DNA of 64,000 nt from Octopus sinensis. Taxonomy: Eukaryota. This document shows positions 39,445-52,722 of the stretch, one piece after another. A model generated the notes under the pieces. That model was not told where the DNA came from. It saw only the letters and a program-made list of their open reading frames with translations, and did not search any database. The translations under genes and the position numbers were made by a program. The stretch covers positions 68,386,001-68,450,000 of the forward strand of contig NC_043000.1 of the NCBI RefSeq assembly GCF_006345805.1, written 5' to 3'. The stretch's first letter is position 1. The number at the start of each line of letters is the position of its first letter.

Positions 39445-41235
39445 GTTGAGGTAGATACTACGACTGACACGCCTTTGATTACTTGTCTCTTTGACTTGGA
39501 GCTAAACAACAACAAAAATGCCATTTATAACATAAATGAAGTAAAAAGGTCCAAATCGGTGATCGAAACCTATTCAGAGGCTTCTTTTAAATGAAAGAAG
39601 ACCTCCCCACTAATTTGCGCTCTTCTATATGGTGGCATTGAACGCGGCTGGCTGCCAAGTTTAACTTAAACAATATAAATAGAAATCCTACGAGAGTTCA
39701 CCTAACTTTACATTATCACAAGTAGCACCAGTCACAGTAATGTTTGCAATCCAGCTGTCATTCATATTCTCTCTTCCTCGCTCTCTCTCTCACTCACTCA
39801 TTCCTGCCTCTCCCCCTCTCTCTTACTGTGCTGGTTAGACACCCTGCTGTTGTTTTATTAGTTATCGCCAAGTCTTTAGCCAGACTGGTAATATTTTATG
39901 TAAGATGATAGTTTTATACTTATCAAAACGACGTCACCAGAATATCACAGCCGTAAAACATGAAAATTCCAAAATTCTGGTATATTTCTGTCAACGAAAA
40001 AAGATAAAACTCTATCGGTGTCCAGCTTTTGATCTGAGAACCTTACTTAAAGTGTTACCAGCAATGAAACATCATATAATAAAGGATATCGCTTAACTGA
40101 AAAATAAAATTTAATCCAGTTATTAATCTGTTATTAATCTAGACGTTATACTGGAATCGAACTTCTATACACGCTGTTTGTCCTTATATGTTTATTTATT
40201 TATTTATTTGCCGACGAAACTTCGCTGACATATCTTAAAAGCCAGCGGTATTTATGTTGCTTTGAAATTTTACTACAGTAAAATGCTGTTTCCCACTTAA
40301 TCGACGACAGATCTCATATTTTTCGTTCATCTTCTCACTCGACACATATGAAAGGCGATCCTATTCCGACATTATTCGAGGATTCATGACAATTCTATGA
40401 CAACGAGAAATCAAATTTAGCAGTTAACGAAAAAAGAAACAAAATAAACATGTAAAACAAAAAAATAAAACGAGTGAAAAATACATTTTAAAAAATAAAA
40501 GACAAAGAAATGAAATATTCCCACCACCCAAGTGAAGCTGGTAACTAAGAGGGGGGAAAGAGCATCTATTTTTACTGTAATTACACATCATCATCATCAT
40601 CATCAACAACAACAACGGCAGTAACAACAGCGACACCGAACAAATATTTCCACAAGGACCACAATTTCAACGACGACAGCAACAATAACAAATAAAAACA
40701 TCTCAATCATCATCGCTGCAACAAAAATGATACCAACGACGACAACTTTTCTATATCGATAGAAGAACAGAAGTTGTACAATAATTTCAATGGAAAGAGT
40801 TGGGAATTAGAGACCCGGTGTAAGGTTTATACAGGTAGCGAGGGAGAGGGGTGGAGAAGTTCAGTGGAGAGAAAAAGGAAAGGAAAATAAATAAATAGAC
40901 AAACAAACAAATATGAAAACAAAATCAACAACTTCAATGTGTTGGAATTAAAGACATAATCCGTGCTAACGGAGTAGCAAGTCCCAGAAGTAAAAATAAA
41001 CACGAGATGGGCAGTTACACCCGACATTGAAGACGTCAAAACAAACAGCACCGACTAAACAGCTTAGAATGCAATGGTAGTGATGGTGGTGGTGGTGGTG
41101 GTGGTGGTGGAGGTTTGGGATGGTGATGATGGTGATTATGATGATGAGTATGAAGAGGGGGAGGAGGAACAAGAATAACAAATATTAATACTAATGATGA
41201 TGATGATGATAATAATAATGATAATGATAATAATG

Positions 41236-41284
<49 letters not shown>

Positions 41285-41914
41285 TGATGCAGTACCAATG
41301 CCCTGATGCAGTACCATAAATGCCCTGATGCAGTACCAATGCCCTGATGCAGTACCAATGCCCTGATGCAGTACCAGGCAGTGGCTCTCATGGCTTCTGA
41401 TCTGAACTGATTGGAAGTGTTATCATGTACATTGTTTTGTCTTGGTATAAAAGATGGGCTACAGCAAATATTCTGCTCAATACCACAGATTTGCTTGTCA
41501 GTTGTTTGACCTTAACCAGTTGAGCATGTCCCTTAGTGGCTGACGATATGTGCATCTCTGATCACGAGCAGAAGTAGTGGGGGAGCATCATAGCCATGTG
41601 TTGAGAGGGATTCTTTGGGGTTTGAATAATTCACCTCTGGAAACATGGGTGGTTCTTTCAACATCCTTAAACAACCCTTATTCAGGGACCTTTTGAGCGG
41701 GATGGGCTACTCAACCTGAAATAAAATTCTAACTGGGCCCCACCTGCAAGGTCATGTGCTGTTTATCTTGATATGAGATCACCATGTCGCGCACATATGG
41801 TTGTGATGCATGTGCCTAGTGTACCTTTATCAGACGGGTAGTCATGATGGGTATATTGGGCTTCGTATATTTTACCCCAGTGTCACTTTGATGGCATGCA
41901 CTGCTCTCTCACTC
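41285..41914 (+). mobile_element. Element X copy 3 with tandemly repeated 19-bp terminus
   Basis: ATGCCCTGATGCAGTACCA x4 plus one partial unit (41285-41376); body collinear with the other copies; (TAA)n on both sides. Confidence 0.9.
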
Positions 41915-41967
<53 letters not shown>

Positions 41968-42134
41968 GAAGAAGAAGAAGAAGAGGAAGAAGAAAGGAAA
42001 AGAAAACGAGATTAAGTGAGTTGTGGTAGAAACGAATGAGGAGAAGGTGAGTGGAGTGGCGAAAAATGAGGAAGCATTATGGTAAAGAAGAACAAGTGTT
42101 TGAACGAGGGTGGCCATTATCATTACATTAAAGT

Positions 42135-42171
<37 letters not shown>

Positions 42172-42264
42172 AATGATGGTGTGGTGGTGGTGGTGGGTGG
42201 TGGTGGTGGTGGTGGTGGTGGTGGTGGTAATGGTAGTGATGACAACGACAAGACGACGATTACT

Positions 42265-42690
42265 CTCACCCTCAGCTTCCACCATAGTGTCAAGATGGCT
42301 CTGGAACCTGGTGCATGCGTTTTTCACTGTGTCCCTGGGAAAATCGTCGAACACCTCCTTCATCTTGGCCACCAGCTCGGCCTTTGTGTTGCAAGAGTAG
42401 CTAGTCAGAGTAGCTAGTCTTTGTCAACCGCACCCCACACATCCATGTAATCGATGAGGCTACAATCGAGAGAATTAGGTCAGAAATAGGGGCGGGAGAA
42501 GTAAAAATTCTCTAACAACCATTTCTCTTTCTGACTCTTTTTGTAGGTATGGCAACGACCGAATGCTGCTGTCACACATATGGCCTTCAGGGGCAACACC
42601 TCTCCAGCCTTTACAATGTGCGTAGAGCACTGAGCAGCCGTCATGATGTCGGCGTTTTGATACCCGGCGCAAATCGGTATGATACAGGTA
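42265..42690 (-). pseudogene. Tc1-like transposase C-terminal remnant
   Basis: RPYV*QQHS (QQD motif), SPDC..IDY..VWGAV, MAKMKEVFDDFPRDTVKNACTRFQSHLDTMVEAEG. Confidence 0.75.
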
Positions 42691-42894
42691 ACTCTTTTCT
42701 AATATTCCAGTTCTCCATACCATTTAACTTTTCTTCAGCTGCAACTTTAATCTTTATGCACTCCAACACCAATGACTGTTCATCAATACATAAAACTGTT
42801 CATGAAAAAAGCAGACAAAAAAATCCCCAAATTTAGCCCTAACAATATTAGGGCTTTCTATAAATTTAAGCAGTAAATAAAAAAAAGATGCGAG

Positions 42895-43099
42895 CATTTA
42901 TAAAACGTGGAAATGCTTAGCGGTATTTCGTCCGTCCTCACGTTCTGAGGTCGACTTTGCCTTTCATCGTTTCGGTGTCGATAAAATAAGTACCAGTTGA
43001 ACATTGGAGTCGATATAATCGAGTCATCCCATCCCCCAAAGTTTCTGCTCTTGTGGAAAAATTTGAAACCAAATTTCAAGCCTTGTGCCTATAGTAGAA

Positions 43100-43149
<50 letters not shown>

Positions 43150-43593
43150 CATTATTATTATTGTTGTTGTTGTTGTTGTTGTTATTAATGCGATGAGCTG
43201 GCAGAAACGTTTGCACGCCGGGCGAAATGCTTAGCGGTATTTCGTCTGCCGTTACATTCTGAGTTCAAAATTCCGCCGAGGTCGACTTTGCCTTTCATCC
43301 TTTCGGGGTCGATTAAATAAATACCAGTTACACACTGGGGTGATATAATCGACTTAATCCGATTGTCTGTCCTTAATTGTCCTCTCTGTGTTTAGCCCCT
43401 TGTGGGTAGTAAAGAAATAGGTTTTTCGTCTGTCTTTACGTTCTGAGTTCAAATTCCGCCGTGGTAGACTTTTCTTTTCGAGGTCGATAAAATGTGTACC
43501 AATAGAACACTGGGGTCGATGTAATCGATTTATTCCCACCCCCAAAATGGCTGCCCATGCGGCAAAATTTGAAACCATTATTATTACTATTAC

Positions 43594-43653
<60 letters not shown>

Positions 43654-43735
43654 GATAGCAAGCTGTCGGAATCTTTAGCACGCTGGGCAAAATGCTTAGC
43701 GGCATTTCGTCTGTCTTATGTTCTGAATCCAAATA
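42895..43735 (+). mobile_element. Cluster of family A SINEs including a tandem dimer (43188-43580)
   Basis: Repeated heads and central domains; AAATAG/GTTTTTCGTCTG junction near 43419; (ATT)n spacers. Confidence 0.85.
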
Positions 43736-43834
43736 CCGTATGTTGTATATATGTATATATTTGATGAGGCAAAGCATTTGTTATGCAAAGCCAGAAATCC
43801 GGGATTTGGAATTATCCAATAATTTTTTGCTAGT

Positions 43835-44030
43835 TTATTTTTCACTTGTTTCAGTCATGTGACTGCGGTGATGCTAGAGCACCGCTTTTAGTCAAACAAA
43901 TCGACCTCAGGATTTATTCTTTGTAAGCCCAGTACTTATTCTAGCAATGTCTTTGGCCGAACCGCTAGATTGTGGAGACGTAAACGCACCAGCATCGGTT
44001 GTCAAGCGATGGTGGGGGTACAAATACACA
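43835..44030 (-). mobile_element. SINE family B 3' portion
   Basis: CTTGTTTCAGTCATGTGACTGCGG..GGTTGTCAAGCGATGGTGGGG is the reverse complement of the family tail. Confidence 0.8.
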
Positions 44031-44072
44031 CACACACACACCAGCACATGCACACACACACATACACACACA

Positions 44073-44112
<40 letters not shown>

Positions 44113-44159
44113 ACATATATAACAAATCTTTCAGTTCCCGCGTACGAAATCCACTCACA

Positions 44160-44480
44160 AGGCTGTATATATATACATATATATATACATATATATATAT
44201 ATGTATATATATACATGTATAAATGCACACATATATATACACATATATATAGATACATATATATATATATATAAATACATATAATATACATATATATATA
44301 CACATATATATATATACATACATATATATATATATATGTACATATATACATATATATACATATTTACATATATACATATATACATATATATACATATATA
44401 CGTATATATATACATATACATATATATATATACATATATATACATATTTATATATACATATATACGTATATATATACATA

Positions 44481-44570
<90 letters not shown>

Positions 44571-44590
44571 CATACACATTTATATATATA
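44160..44590. repeat. Cryptic (TA)n/(TATACA)n satellite
   Basis: Directly visible; source of the poly-Y/I ORFs. Confidence 0.95.
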
Positions 44591-45920
44591 CTAGCTGGTG
44601 TATCCGGTAATTCCCGGGGGTAGAGATGTTCTATTGAAACACCTTATTACTCTGATATAAAAAAGCAATTTCGTTATAACTGCCACAAAATGTGTATTTT
44701 CCGTCACGAAAAAGTACAAAAAACTGTCAGCTGGAGGAGGGAGAGATTGCATGTATATAAATATATCAATGAAGTGCTTAAAGAAAGTGCAATAATAACG
44801 TTCACACTCACTGATGGTCGGTCTCTGTAACTGCCTTTAGCTTGCGGAGTTCTTGTTTTTATAACTATCCAAAACCAGCCAGAAGGATAGACATATTATT
44901 GAGAACAAATGCTTTCGCTGTAGGTCTGTTATCTCCGTTCCAACCCCTGGTGGCCTAGAAAAGGTTAGAAGGGTCAAGTGGAAAAGACATTATTTTGCTT
45001 AGCGAAGGCGTCTAGGAAATGTATAACTGATGTCATTCACAGAAAAACTATTGTTTTACCGTAAGAAAAGTGCTGCTGAAGTGTTAAATGAAATTTGGCC
45101 ATCGAGGATCAAATCCACGCGATATCTGCATGAAGCCACTACAAATACGTTGTAGAATAAAAAATTTATAAACTGTTATGGAAAAAGTGTAAATGTAAAA
45201 ATGCAGAATTATCGGAGTAATGAGTATTCAAAAAAGTATGTATGTATAGAAATGTATGAGTGAAGGTTTTAATGTTTAAGATTCAAATTAAGGAAGTGCA
45301 ATAATAATGTTTAGCAGTTCAAAACTGTGAGTAGTGAAATGCATAATTAAGTCGGCTGATCGTGAGAATCAAATATTGATCGCTTCGCTAAAAACTGCAG
45401 GTGCTATAGGTTATTTCACTTGGGTTGTTTAAATAAAATATTAGTAATATGTAGTATATAGGATGATCCATTGGATGGGCTCTATTATCGATTTTTTAAA
45501 ACAATCTAAGTATGTCACAAGGCTTCCAGACATGAGTTCTACTCACGTATCAAATAAAGTAAAAAAGTGATGTTGTCTGCAAAAATTAGAAATTGGTTAC
45601 GCAAAAAATCAATATTCAAATTAATCGAACATAAACAATGAAATGGGTTATTTCCTTTGATTGTTTTAAAAAATATTGTGCAGGTGGTATGGGTTATTTC
45701 CCTTGGATATTAAAAAATAGTTATATGAGGTAGACATAAAGGTCCCTTCTAGGGGCCGTATTAACGATTTTTTTCAATAATGTAAGTATGTCACGAGGTT
45801 TCCAGACATGAGTTCTACTCACATGTCAAGTTTCATAAAAACCAATAAAACGATGTAGGAAGAGTTAGATAACAACGCCACAAAGAAACACACACCGATT
45901 TTTCACATATGTAGTAAATA
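44589..45920 (+). mobile_element. Probable non-autonomous Helitron/Helentron-like element
   Basis: 5' TACTAGCTGGTGTATCCGGTAATTCCCGGG; internal ~150-bp direct repeats (45396-45553, 45679-45829); 3' AAGTTTCATAAAAA..GGAAGAGTTAGATAACAA..GATTTTT resembles DINE-1/Lep1-type ends as I recall them. Confidence 0.5.
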
Positions 45921-45926
45921 TACATA

Positions 45927-46260
45927 CGAGGGTGAGTTAAAAAGTAATGCCATTTTGTTTAGGACAGGTATAATTACCAACACTGGAACAGGTATCATAC
46001 ATCAAAATGAAGCTGGTCCTCTATGGATCACATCGCTACTTCTCAACACAGTCACCGTTTCTCTCAGTAGCAATGTTCCTCCTCCGAATGAGAGCATGTA
46101 TCCCTGCCCCGTAAAATTCTGTTGACTGTGCTTTGAGCCACTTCTTTACTACAGTTTTCACTTCCTCATCACTGGAATAATTTAGCGCCTTCAGACTATC
46201 ATCCCTTCGGCCCCGTAAAAGATGGTTTGAGAGGCAAACTTTATTCCAGTGACGAGGAAT
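45927..46260 (-). mobile_element. Mariner right-end remnant with internal inversion
   Basis: TA-CGAGGGTGAGTTAAAAAGTAATGCC TIR; minus frame YSSDEEVKTVVKKWL..IHALIRR..NGDCVEK*; plus frame NLAPSDYHPFGPVKDGLRGK. Confidence 0.8.
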
Positions 46261-46885
46261 GCATGATATAATATATTCATTTCTACTTTACCTGATATAA
46301 TTACCCTCAAATTTAATTTTTCTTGAAACAAGGTACTTCTGTGACAAACTATTGTTATATGGTACACAAAAGGGAAAACAAGTGATATTTTTTTTGTCCA
46401 ATTATAAATTTCTTCAAAAAATAATATTCCTTTTATACATTTTAAACGACTGAAAATGTCTATCTTTTCAAAATTCTAATTTCGTTTTTCACTCATGCAC
46501 TTGTGCTGTTTGGCTTTTACTTCATAGTAAAAATACAATAAAGGAAAGAAAAGAGATTTTTTTTTTAAAATAGGAGTTGAAAATATTTCAGAATGTAAAA
46601 TACAATAACATGTTTTCAAACTAGTAAGGAAAAAAATGACGCGAAATCAGAAATTACTCATTTTGCCCGAAGAAAATGATTAGATCTACAAAAATAACAG
46701 TTGAACATAAATACAATAATTTTAAAGCCAAAAAAAAAAGTGCATTTAGCTGTTGAGAGATGTAATTTAATAATTAAAGCAAAAATGAAAATCTAAACTT
46801 TGGAACATATTTTGCATATACCTGTTCGGAAGATTTTGAAGACTTACTGAAATAATATAGCTCAGCAGTGCTAATGTGTGTGTGG

Positions 46886-46916
<31 letters not shown>

Positions 46917-47087
46917 TGTGTGTGTGTGTGTGCGCGTGCGCTCCTTTGTCTTGAAACAGTCAGTTTGAGGTCATCATTGGTTAGTCGCATGGGAAACAGG
47001 AATTCAACTAGGCAATAAAACTTATTTTTTAGCCTATTTCTCTATATACATTCATACACACACATGCACACATACATACACGCATAC

Positions 47088-50000
47088 ATGATGGCCGCCC
47101 ACTCGTGACCGAGGAAGACCATTGCTGACCTTCAGGAACATTGTGCGCTCTAGGACTAACTTATATTTTGCCTTTGCGGCTCCGTTGGTGGCTAATGAGC
47201 CCTGCTCTTGACAAGCATACACGACTGCAAACATTGCAAACCAAGCTTTCCCCACTCTTCATGCTGAATACGTGCTCTCTCAAAAGTCCTTAACCTGTTT
47301 CTTCCATCTGCGGCGATGACAGGCTTTGTTCTCCTAGTCAGTCTCCTGCATATCACAGACCTTTAATGATGACTTGACACAGTCCTTAAATCTCAGCCTT
47401 GGTTTCTGCCGGGGTCTCTTTCCAGTCACAAGTTCCCCACATAGCATCTGCTTAGGGATCCTGCTATCCTTCATTCTAATAAGGTGTCCAGTCCAACGTA
47501 ACCGGTGCTTGAGCACCATCGCCTCACTACACAAGATATCAGGACCTGTGTGTCTGGAGTTTTTAAGGTCCACCAACATTCAGAATGTATCTGAGACATC
47601 TCTGATGAAAACGTTCAAGGACCCTTACTTGAAGTTTGTAAAAAGTCCATGTCTCACATGAGGAAAGGAGCTATGTCAGTACACATGCACGGTACATGGT
47701 AATTTTTGTTTACTTTGTGATGCCATGCTGGGACCAGACACGAGACTGAAGAGGCCGGAAGGAATCAGTTGCTCTCTGCAGCCTGAAAGATATTTCATCA
47801 TCCAGGGAGCAAGAACGGCTGAGCGTGCTACCGAGGTAGACAAACTTGTCTACCATTTTCAGAATTGTTCCTTCAAACAAGATAGCTGGTGCAGGCTGGA
47901 ACATCACAACAGTCTTGTCCAGGCTAATGCTGAGCCGAGTCCAAATGCCTGGCAAAAAGCAGAGATACGATTCATAAGTATTTGCATGTTATCCACTGTG
48001 TTAGTGACTAAGTCACAGTCATCTACATGAAGGAGGTCACGAATAAGAGACTGGAAAACTTTCGAATTGGCAGCAAATCGGTGCAGATTAAAGAGGCAGC
48101 TAGAAGATCGATATCTGACACATAATCACAGGGAGCTAACCTTAGCAAAAGCATGAGCAAAACCAGTAACAAAGTACAAAGAAAAAAGAGAGTTGGGGCA
48201 AGGATGTCACCCTGCTTGACACCATTCTCTACAGGAATGGGTCCCACCATGCTACCAACATTGACCCAAGCTTCCATCCCATAATGAAATGAATTAATTT
48301 TAGATAGAAAGTGATCCGGACACCCAATTTTGCCAAGTATTTTCCATAGCAAGGCCCTATTCACAATATCAAAGGCCTTCGTTAAATCAATGAATACCTG
48401 GACAAGATCCATATTCTGCTCATAGCACTTCTCCTGCATCTGCCTTGCTGTGAAAATCATATCCATTGTCCCTCTATCAGATCGGAAGCCACATTGAGAT
48501 TCAGATAGGACATCATTTACGAGACAGCCATTCAGGCGAGAAAGAAGAATATTTGCCAGAACCTTGCCAGCAGCTGATAGTAGAGCAATATTTCTGTAGT
48601 TACCACACATTGTTCTGGCTCCTTTTCCTTTATAGAGATGAAGAATAATTGCATCCTTCCAGTCCTTAGTCATTGCACCATCCCTCCAGACTACACTAAT
48701 AAGTTCATGAAGGGACTGTATGATGTAATCACAAGACCTCAGCACAAATTCCATCCTTTCCAGGTGCCCTACCAAGATTCAATTTACTTATTGATGCCAT
48801 TACTTCATCTACTGAGGGCGTGGAATTTAAAGAGCCAATGATAGGTCTTTGTTGCATAGTATCAATCACTGTTTCATTCCCAACTGACTCATGGTTTAGG
48901 AGTTCAAAGAAGTGTTCGATCCAGCGACCTCTGATTTCTGTTGATTTAGTAAATAGAGTGGAAGGCACCTTGGAAAGCAAAGGAGCTGGTGTGGAGCTCT
49001 TAGGCCCATAAACTTGCTTCATAAGATAGTAAAGCTTCTTGCTGTCATTTGCATCAGTAGCAGCCTGAATATCACAAGCAAGATCCTCCCACCAAGTGTT
49101 CTGCATCTTCCTGAATGATCGCTGCAGTAGTGATTTTACACTGCTATAGTGGGCAAGTGCTAGATTTCGCTGCACAGCAGAAAGTCCTCTATGTAGTAAT
49201 ATATTGTGGGCATGGCGCTTTACAGCCAATAGTCACTGAACTTCTGCATCATTTTCCTCAAACCAGTCTCTGTGTCTGGCAGTAGCATATCCCAGTGTTT
49301 CAGCAGCACATTGAAGAACCTAGTCTCGAAAATCTTCCCATGCTGCAGTATTTTCAATGCTGGACAAGCGAGTCTGAAGCTTTTTCCTCAACACAGCATC
49401 ATATATCTTGTGAACATTCAGACGTCGAGAATGCTGACTGGCCTTCTTCTCTTTTCACTCTAATCATCATTCGGAACTTTACTCACACCAGACTGTGGTC
49501 TGTCCAGCATTCCGATCCATGAAAGGACTTGACATTACAATTGTCATAGATGTCACGCTTGCGGATGATAACATAATCCAGCAAGTGCCAAACTTTAGAC
49601 CTCGGATGCAACCACTTTGTTGTGTAATCACCTTTGTATATAAAATGAGTGCTTGCGATGTAAAGTCCATGTTCATCGCAAAGCTCCAGCAGCATGAGGC
49701 CATTGCTATTCATTTTCCCTACTCCAAAACGTCCTAGAGAGTTCCATTGAAATCTACCCATAGAATGACTTAATCAGAATTGGGGATTTTCCTAAGTATG
49801 GCTCTCAGCTGGGTTTAAAATAGTTTTATCTTCATCACAGCTAGTCAAAGTAGGTGCATAGGCACTTATTAGAGTAGCAAACCGCCCACCATTCAGGTGC
49901 AATTGTAGAGTCATTAGACGTTCATTTGTAGGAACAGGAAGCTCCTCCAAATTCTTAAGTATACCAGATCGAACTGCAAAGCCAACGCCAGCCTCTCTGC

Positions 50001-50735
50001 GCTCTCCCTTCTGCCTCCCCTTCCAAAAAAAGGTGTATCCACCTTCTACTTCCTCAAGCTGACCATCACCTTCTATAAGATACTCTGAAAGCGCCGCAGG
50101 ACTTCTGAATAAAGAATAAAATAAAAATATACTAAAAATATATAAATATATACTAAAAATAAAGATACATATATGCTATAAATAAAATAAATATATATAG
50201 GGTGGGGGAAGCACATATCGAGCAGAGGTCAGCAATGCCTGTGCGGAGTTTTAGGTCCAATAAGGCTTGCATGACACCCCATAGACCCTCTCCACTTTAT
50301 TGACATTATCCAGAGACAAGCCGGAGCAACATGTCTGGTGCCTGATCGCAGGCTCAGGGATGTGGGAGCGCCATGATCTCTAGCACAAACCAAAGATCCC
50401 CAAAATGTCCAATGCCATTTTCTACATGTCTGGTTTTATATCAGAGTGACCTTCTCCTAGAGACATGCTTCAAAAGAAGCTGAGGGGTGCCTCACTCCCA
50501 GTGGTCTTTCAGCAAGCCGGACACCATCCTGGAATTTCTGCGTACCCGTGCTATTGCTAGATAGCTGTTGAACATGCACTAGGTTCATCCGACCTTTCAA
50601 CAGGTCTTGTTTTTAATCCTGCTGGTGGTTTTCTAGCAACCCTCCTCACCAGGATAGCCTGGTGGGGTGACAGTTTAGTCGCCGACAACCCGACCACGCG
50701 ACAGGTTATACTGGATTCCATGTTACCATTAGGAC

Positions 50736-50737
<2 letters not shown>
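47088..50737 (-). mobile_element. Near full-length RTE (BovB-like) LINE, decayed
   Basis: 5' UTR motifs (CTGTCGCGTGGTCGGGTTGTCGGCGACTAA; TCTAGGAGAAGGTCACTCTGA), APE (GYTFFWKG, SAYAPT, CWTDHSLV), RT (NYRNIALL, QCGFRSDRGT, FIDLTKAFD, GVKQGDILAP), and 3' end GGCCATCA-(TGTA)n. Confidence 0.92.
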
Positions 50738-50766
<29 letters not shown>

Positions 50767-51339
50767 CATACATACACATACATACATACATACATACATA
50801 CATACATACATACATACATACATGCATACATACATACATACATACATACATACATACATACATACATACTACATACATACATATACACACACATCTACAT
50901 ACATGTTTTTTACTTTTCTTTGTTACTTCTCTAGCACCATGCTGCTCTTGGAGACGGAAGTTAAACTAGAGAGAATAAAACTGTTTTGTTTATTTCTTTT
51001 TATCACTATATATATATTCATACACACAAGTACACAAATGCACATACATACATGTTTTTCTTTTATCTTTCTTTGTCGTTTCACTGGCACCATCCTTTTT
51101 TAGGGGACTGGTGTAGAGAAAAAAACTTTTTTCTCAGTCTATTCCGTTTTATCGGTCCTGTCTGCATGGCAAAATACAAAAACAAAAATATTGACAGAAT
51201 GAAAAAATTAAGTTGATCAGAGGGGCCCTTAAGCTTTATTAATTTTATAGTAGATCCGCCACTGCATACATATACATGTATGTGTGTATGTGTACAGAGA
51301 AACATTGCACTTACAGAAAAACATCTCTTTACAGCTCTT

Positions 51340-51990
51340 CGCAGACATAAATGATGCGGAGTTGACAAAAGAGAACGAAGCCATTGTGGAGTTGTGACGT
51401 ACATTCGTGAAGATGTCGCATCATGAACCCTGTTGTCACATTCGAACCTGATCTGTGAGACATTTATGGGGCATTTAAATCAACTTAGTGTGGTAATACG
51501 CACATTATGTCGTCCATCAAATGCTTCAAACATGGTGGTAAATGTGAGAATAGCCGCAGAGACATAGAAGAGGTATTGTTCAGTGTGGACCAACTCATCA
51601 ATATACTCCTCCTTGGCAGCTTCCACCTCCCAAATGTTATATAGCCTGAAGAACACATCCTCTCCGAGGTGTCACTGCATAAACAAAGGCAAACAGAATT
51701 ATTGCTAGAACTTTCTAATACATTGTTCAAGAAGCAAGCGGTACTCCAGCCAGTCGGGTGTGACATCTTGTATCTCTGCTTCACAAACAATATGAACGTT
51801 ATCCATAACATGAAGATAACTCCAACAGCCTTCTCGTACCACTGCATTGTAGAACTAACAATGTTTGCTCCAAGGTGAATTGCTGATATCTACTCTATAA
51901 GAAATGCTCAAGCCATATACAACTTGAATTTCCATAAAGCAAACTGGAAATCAATTCCAAAGAGATTCATAAACAAAATTGGTCCGACAA
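51340..51990 (+). pseudogene. CR1-group AP-endonuclease fragment
   Basis: RSHCGVVTYIRED, LLGSFHLP (GDFNLP-like), DILYLCFTNN..TPTAFSYH, NFHKANW. Confidence 0.65.
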
Positions 51991-51994
51991 TTTT

Positions 51995-52200
51995 CGTATG
52001 ACAACTTCAACTTAATCGGTGCAAGCTATATGCACTAAGTATGTTCCAGAAATAAAGACCAGCATACCTAAAAATAAAACCTCCAGAGACAGGTCTTTTT
52101 ATGAGACGCAGAGCAAGAGTCTTAAATCGGTTGAGTAGAAGGCTGAATAATGGCGATTGGCCTAATTTAAGAAGCCTGTGAAAAGGATACAAAGTAACGA
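51995..52200 (-). pseudogene. CR1-group ORF2 C-terminal fragment in opposite orientation
   Basis: LIKRPVSGGFIFRYAGLYFWNIL resembles the terminal SFxxRGxxLxNxLP motif. Confidence 0.4.
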
Positions 52201-52634
52201 TGGTACTCCAACGTGACCGGAACCGCATAACTGAAACGCATAAAAGAAAAAGTAAAAGAATGAATGTGTGTGTGTGTGTTTGTATGTATATCTAACGGCA
52301 CTCCATGTTTGCTTTCGTTTGGTTTGTTGTATGTCTCTACTGTCCTGTTTTTGTTACCAAATTTGAGCCTCCGTAAATCCCAAATTTTATTTTGGTTCGC
52401 GGGAGCAACTGTTTTTCGAAGCCTCATATTGTTAATTGCTCGAAATGTGGAGTAGATGAACAGCCGACAACCGATGAAGGGTCATTCTTTATGTTACTTG
52501 TCTTGTTTTCCTTTTGTTTGTCTCGTAGTTCGCGTACCCAAGTTTGCCTTCGTATTACATGTAATTTTCGTATTTCGTAATTCATGCTGTTACGTTTTGT
52601 GATGTCCTGTACCTATATATGCATATATATATTA

Positions 52635-52719
<85 letters not shown>

Positions 52720-52722
<3 letters not shown>

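Noticed and set aside
41285-41376. Direct repeats resembling a CRISPR array
   Set aside because: No spacers, eukaryotic context and no cas genes.
50600-50737. Possible HDV-like ribozyme in the RTE 5' UTR
   Set aside because: Partial pairings exist, but I could not fit P1/P2/P3/L3/P1.1 cleanly; needs a descriptor search.
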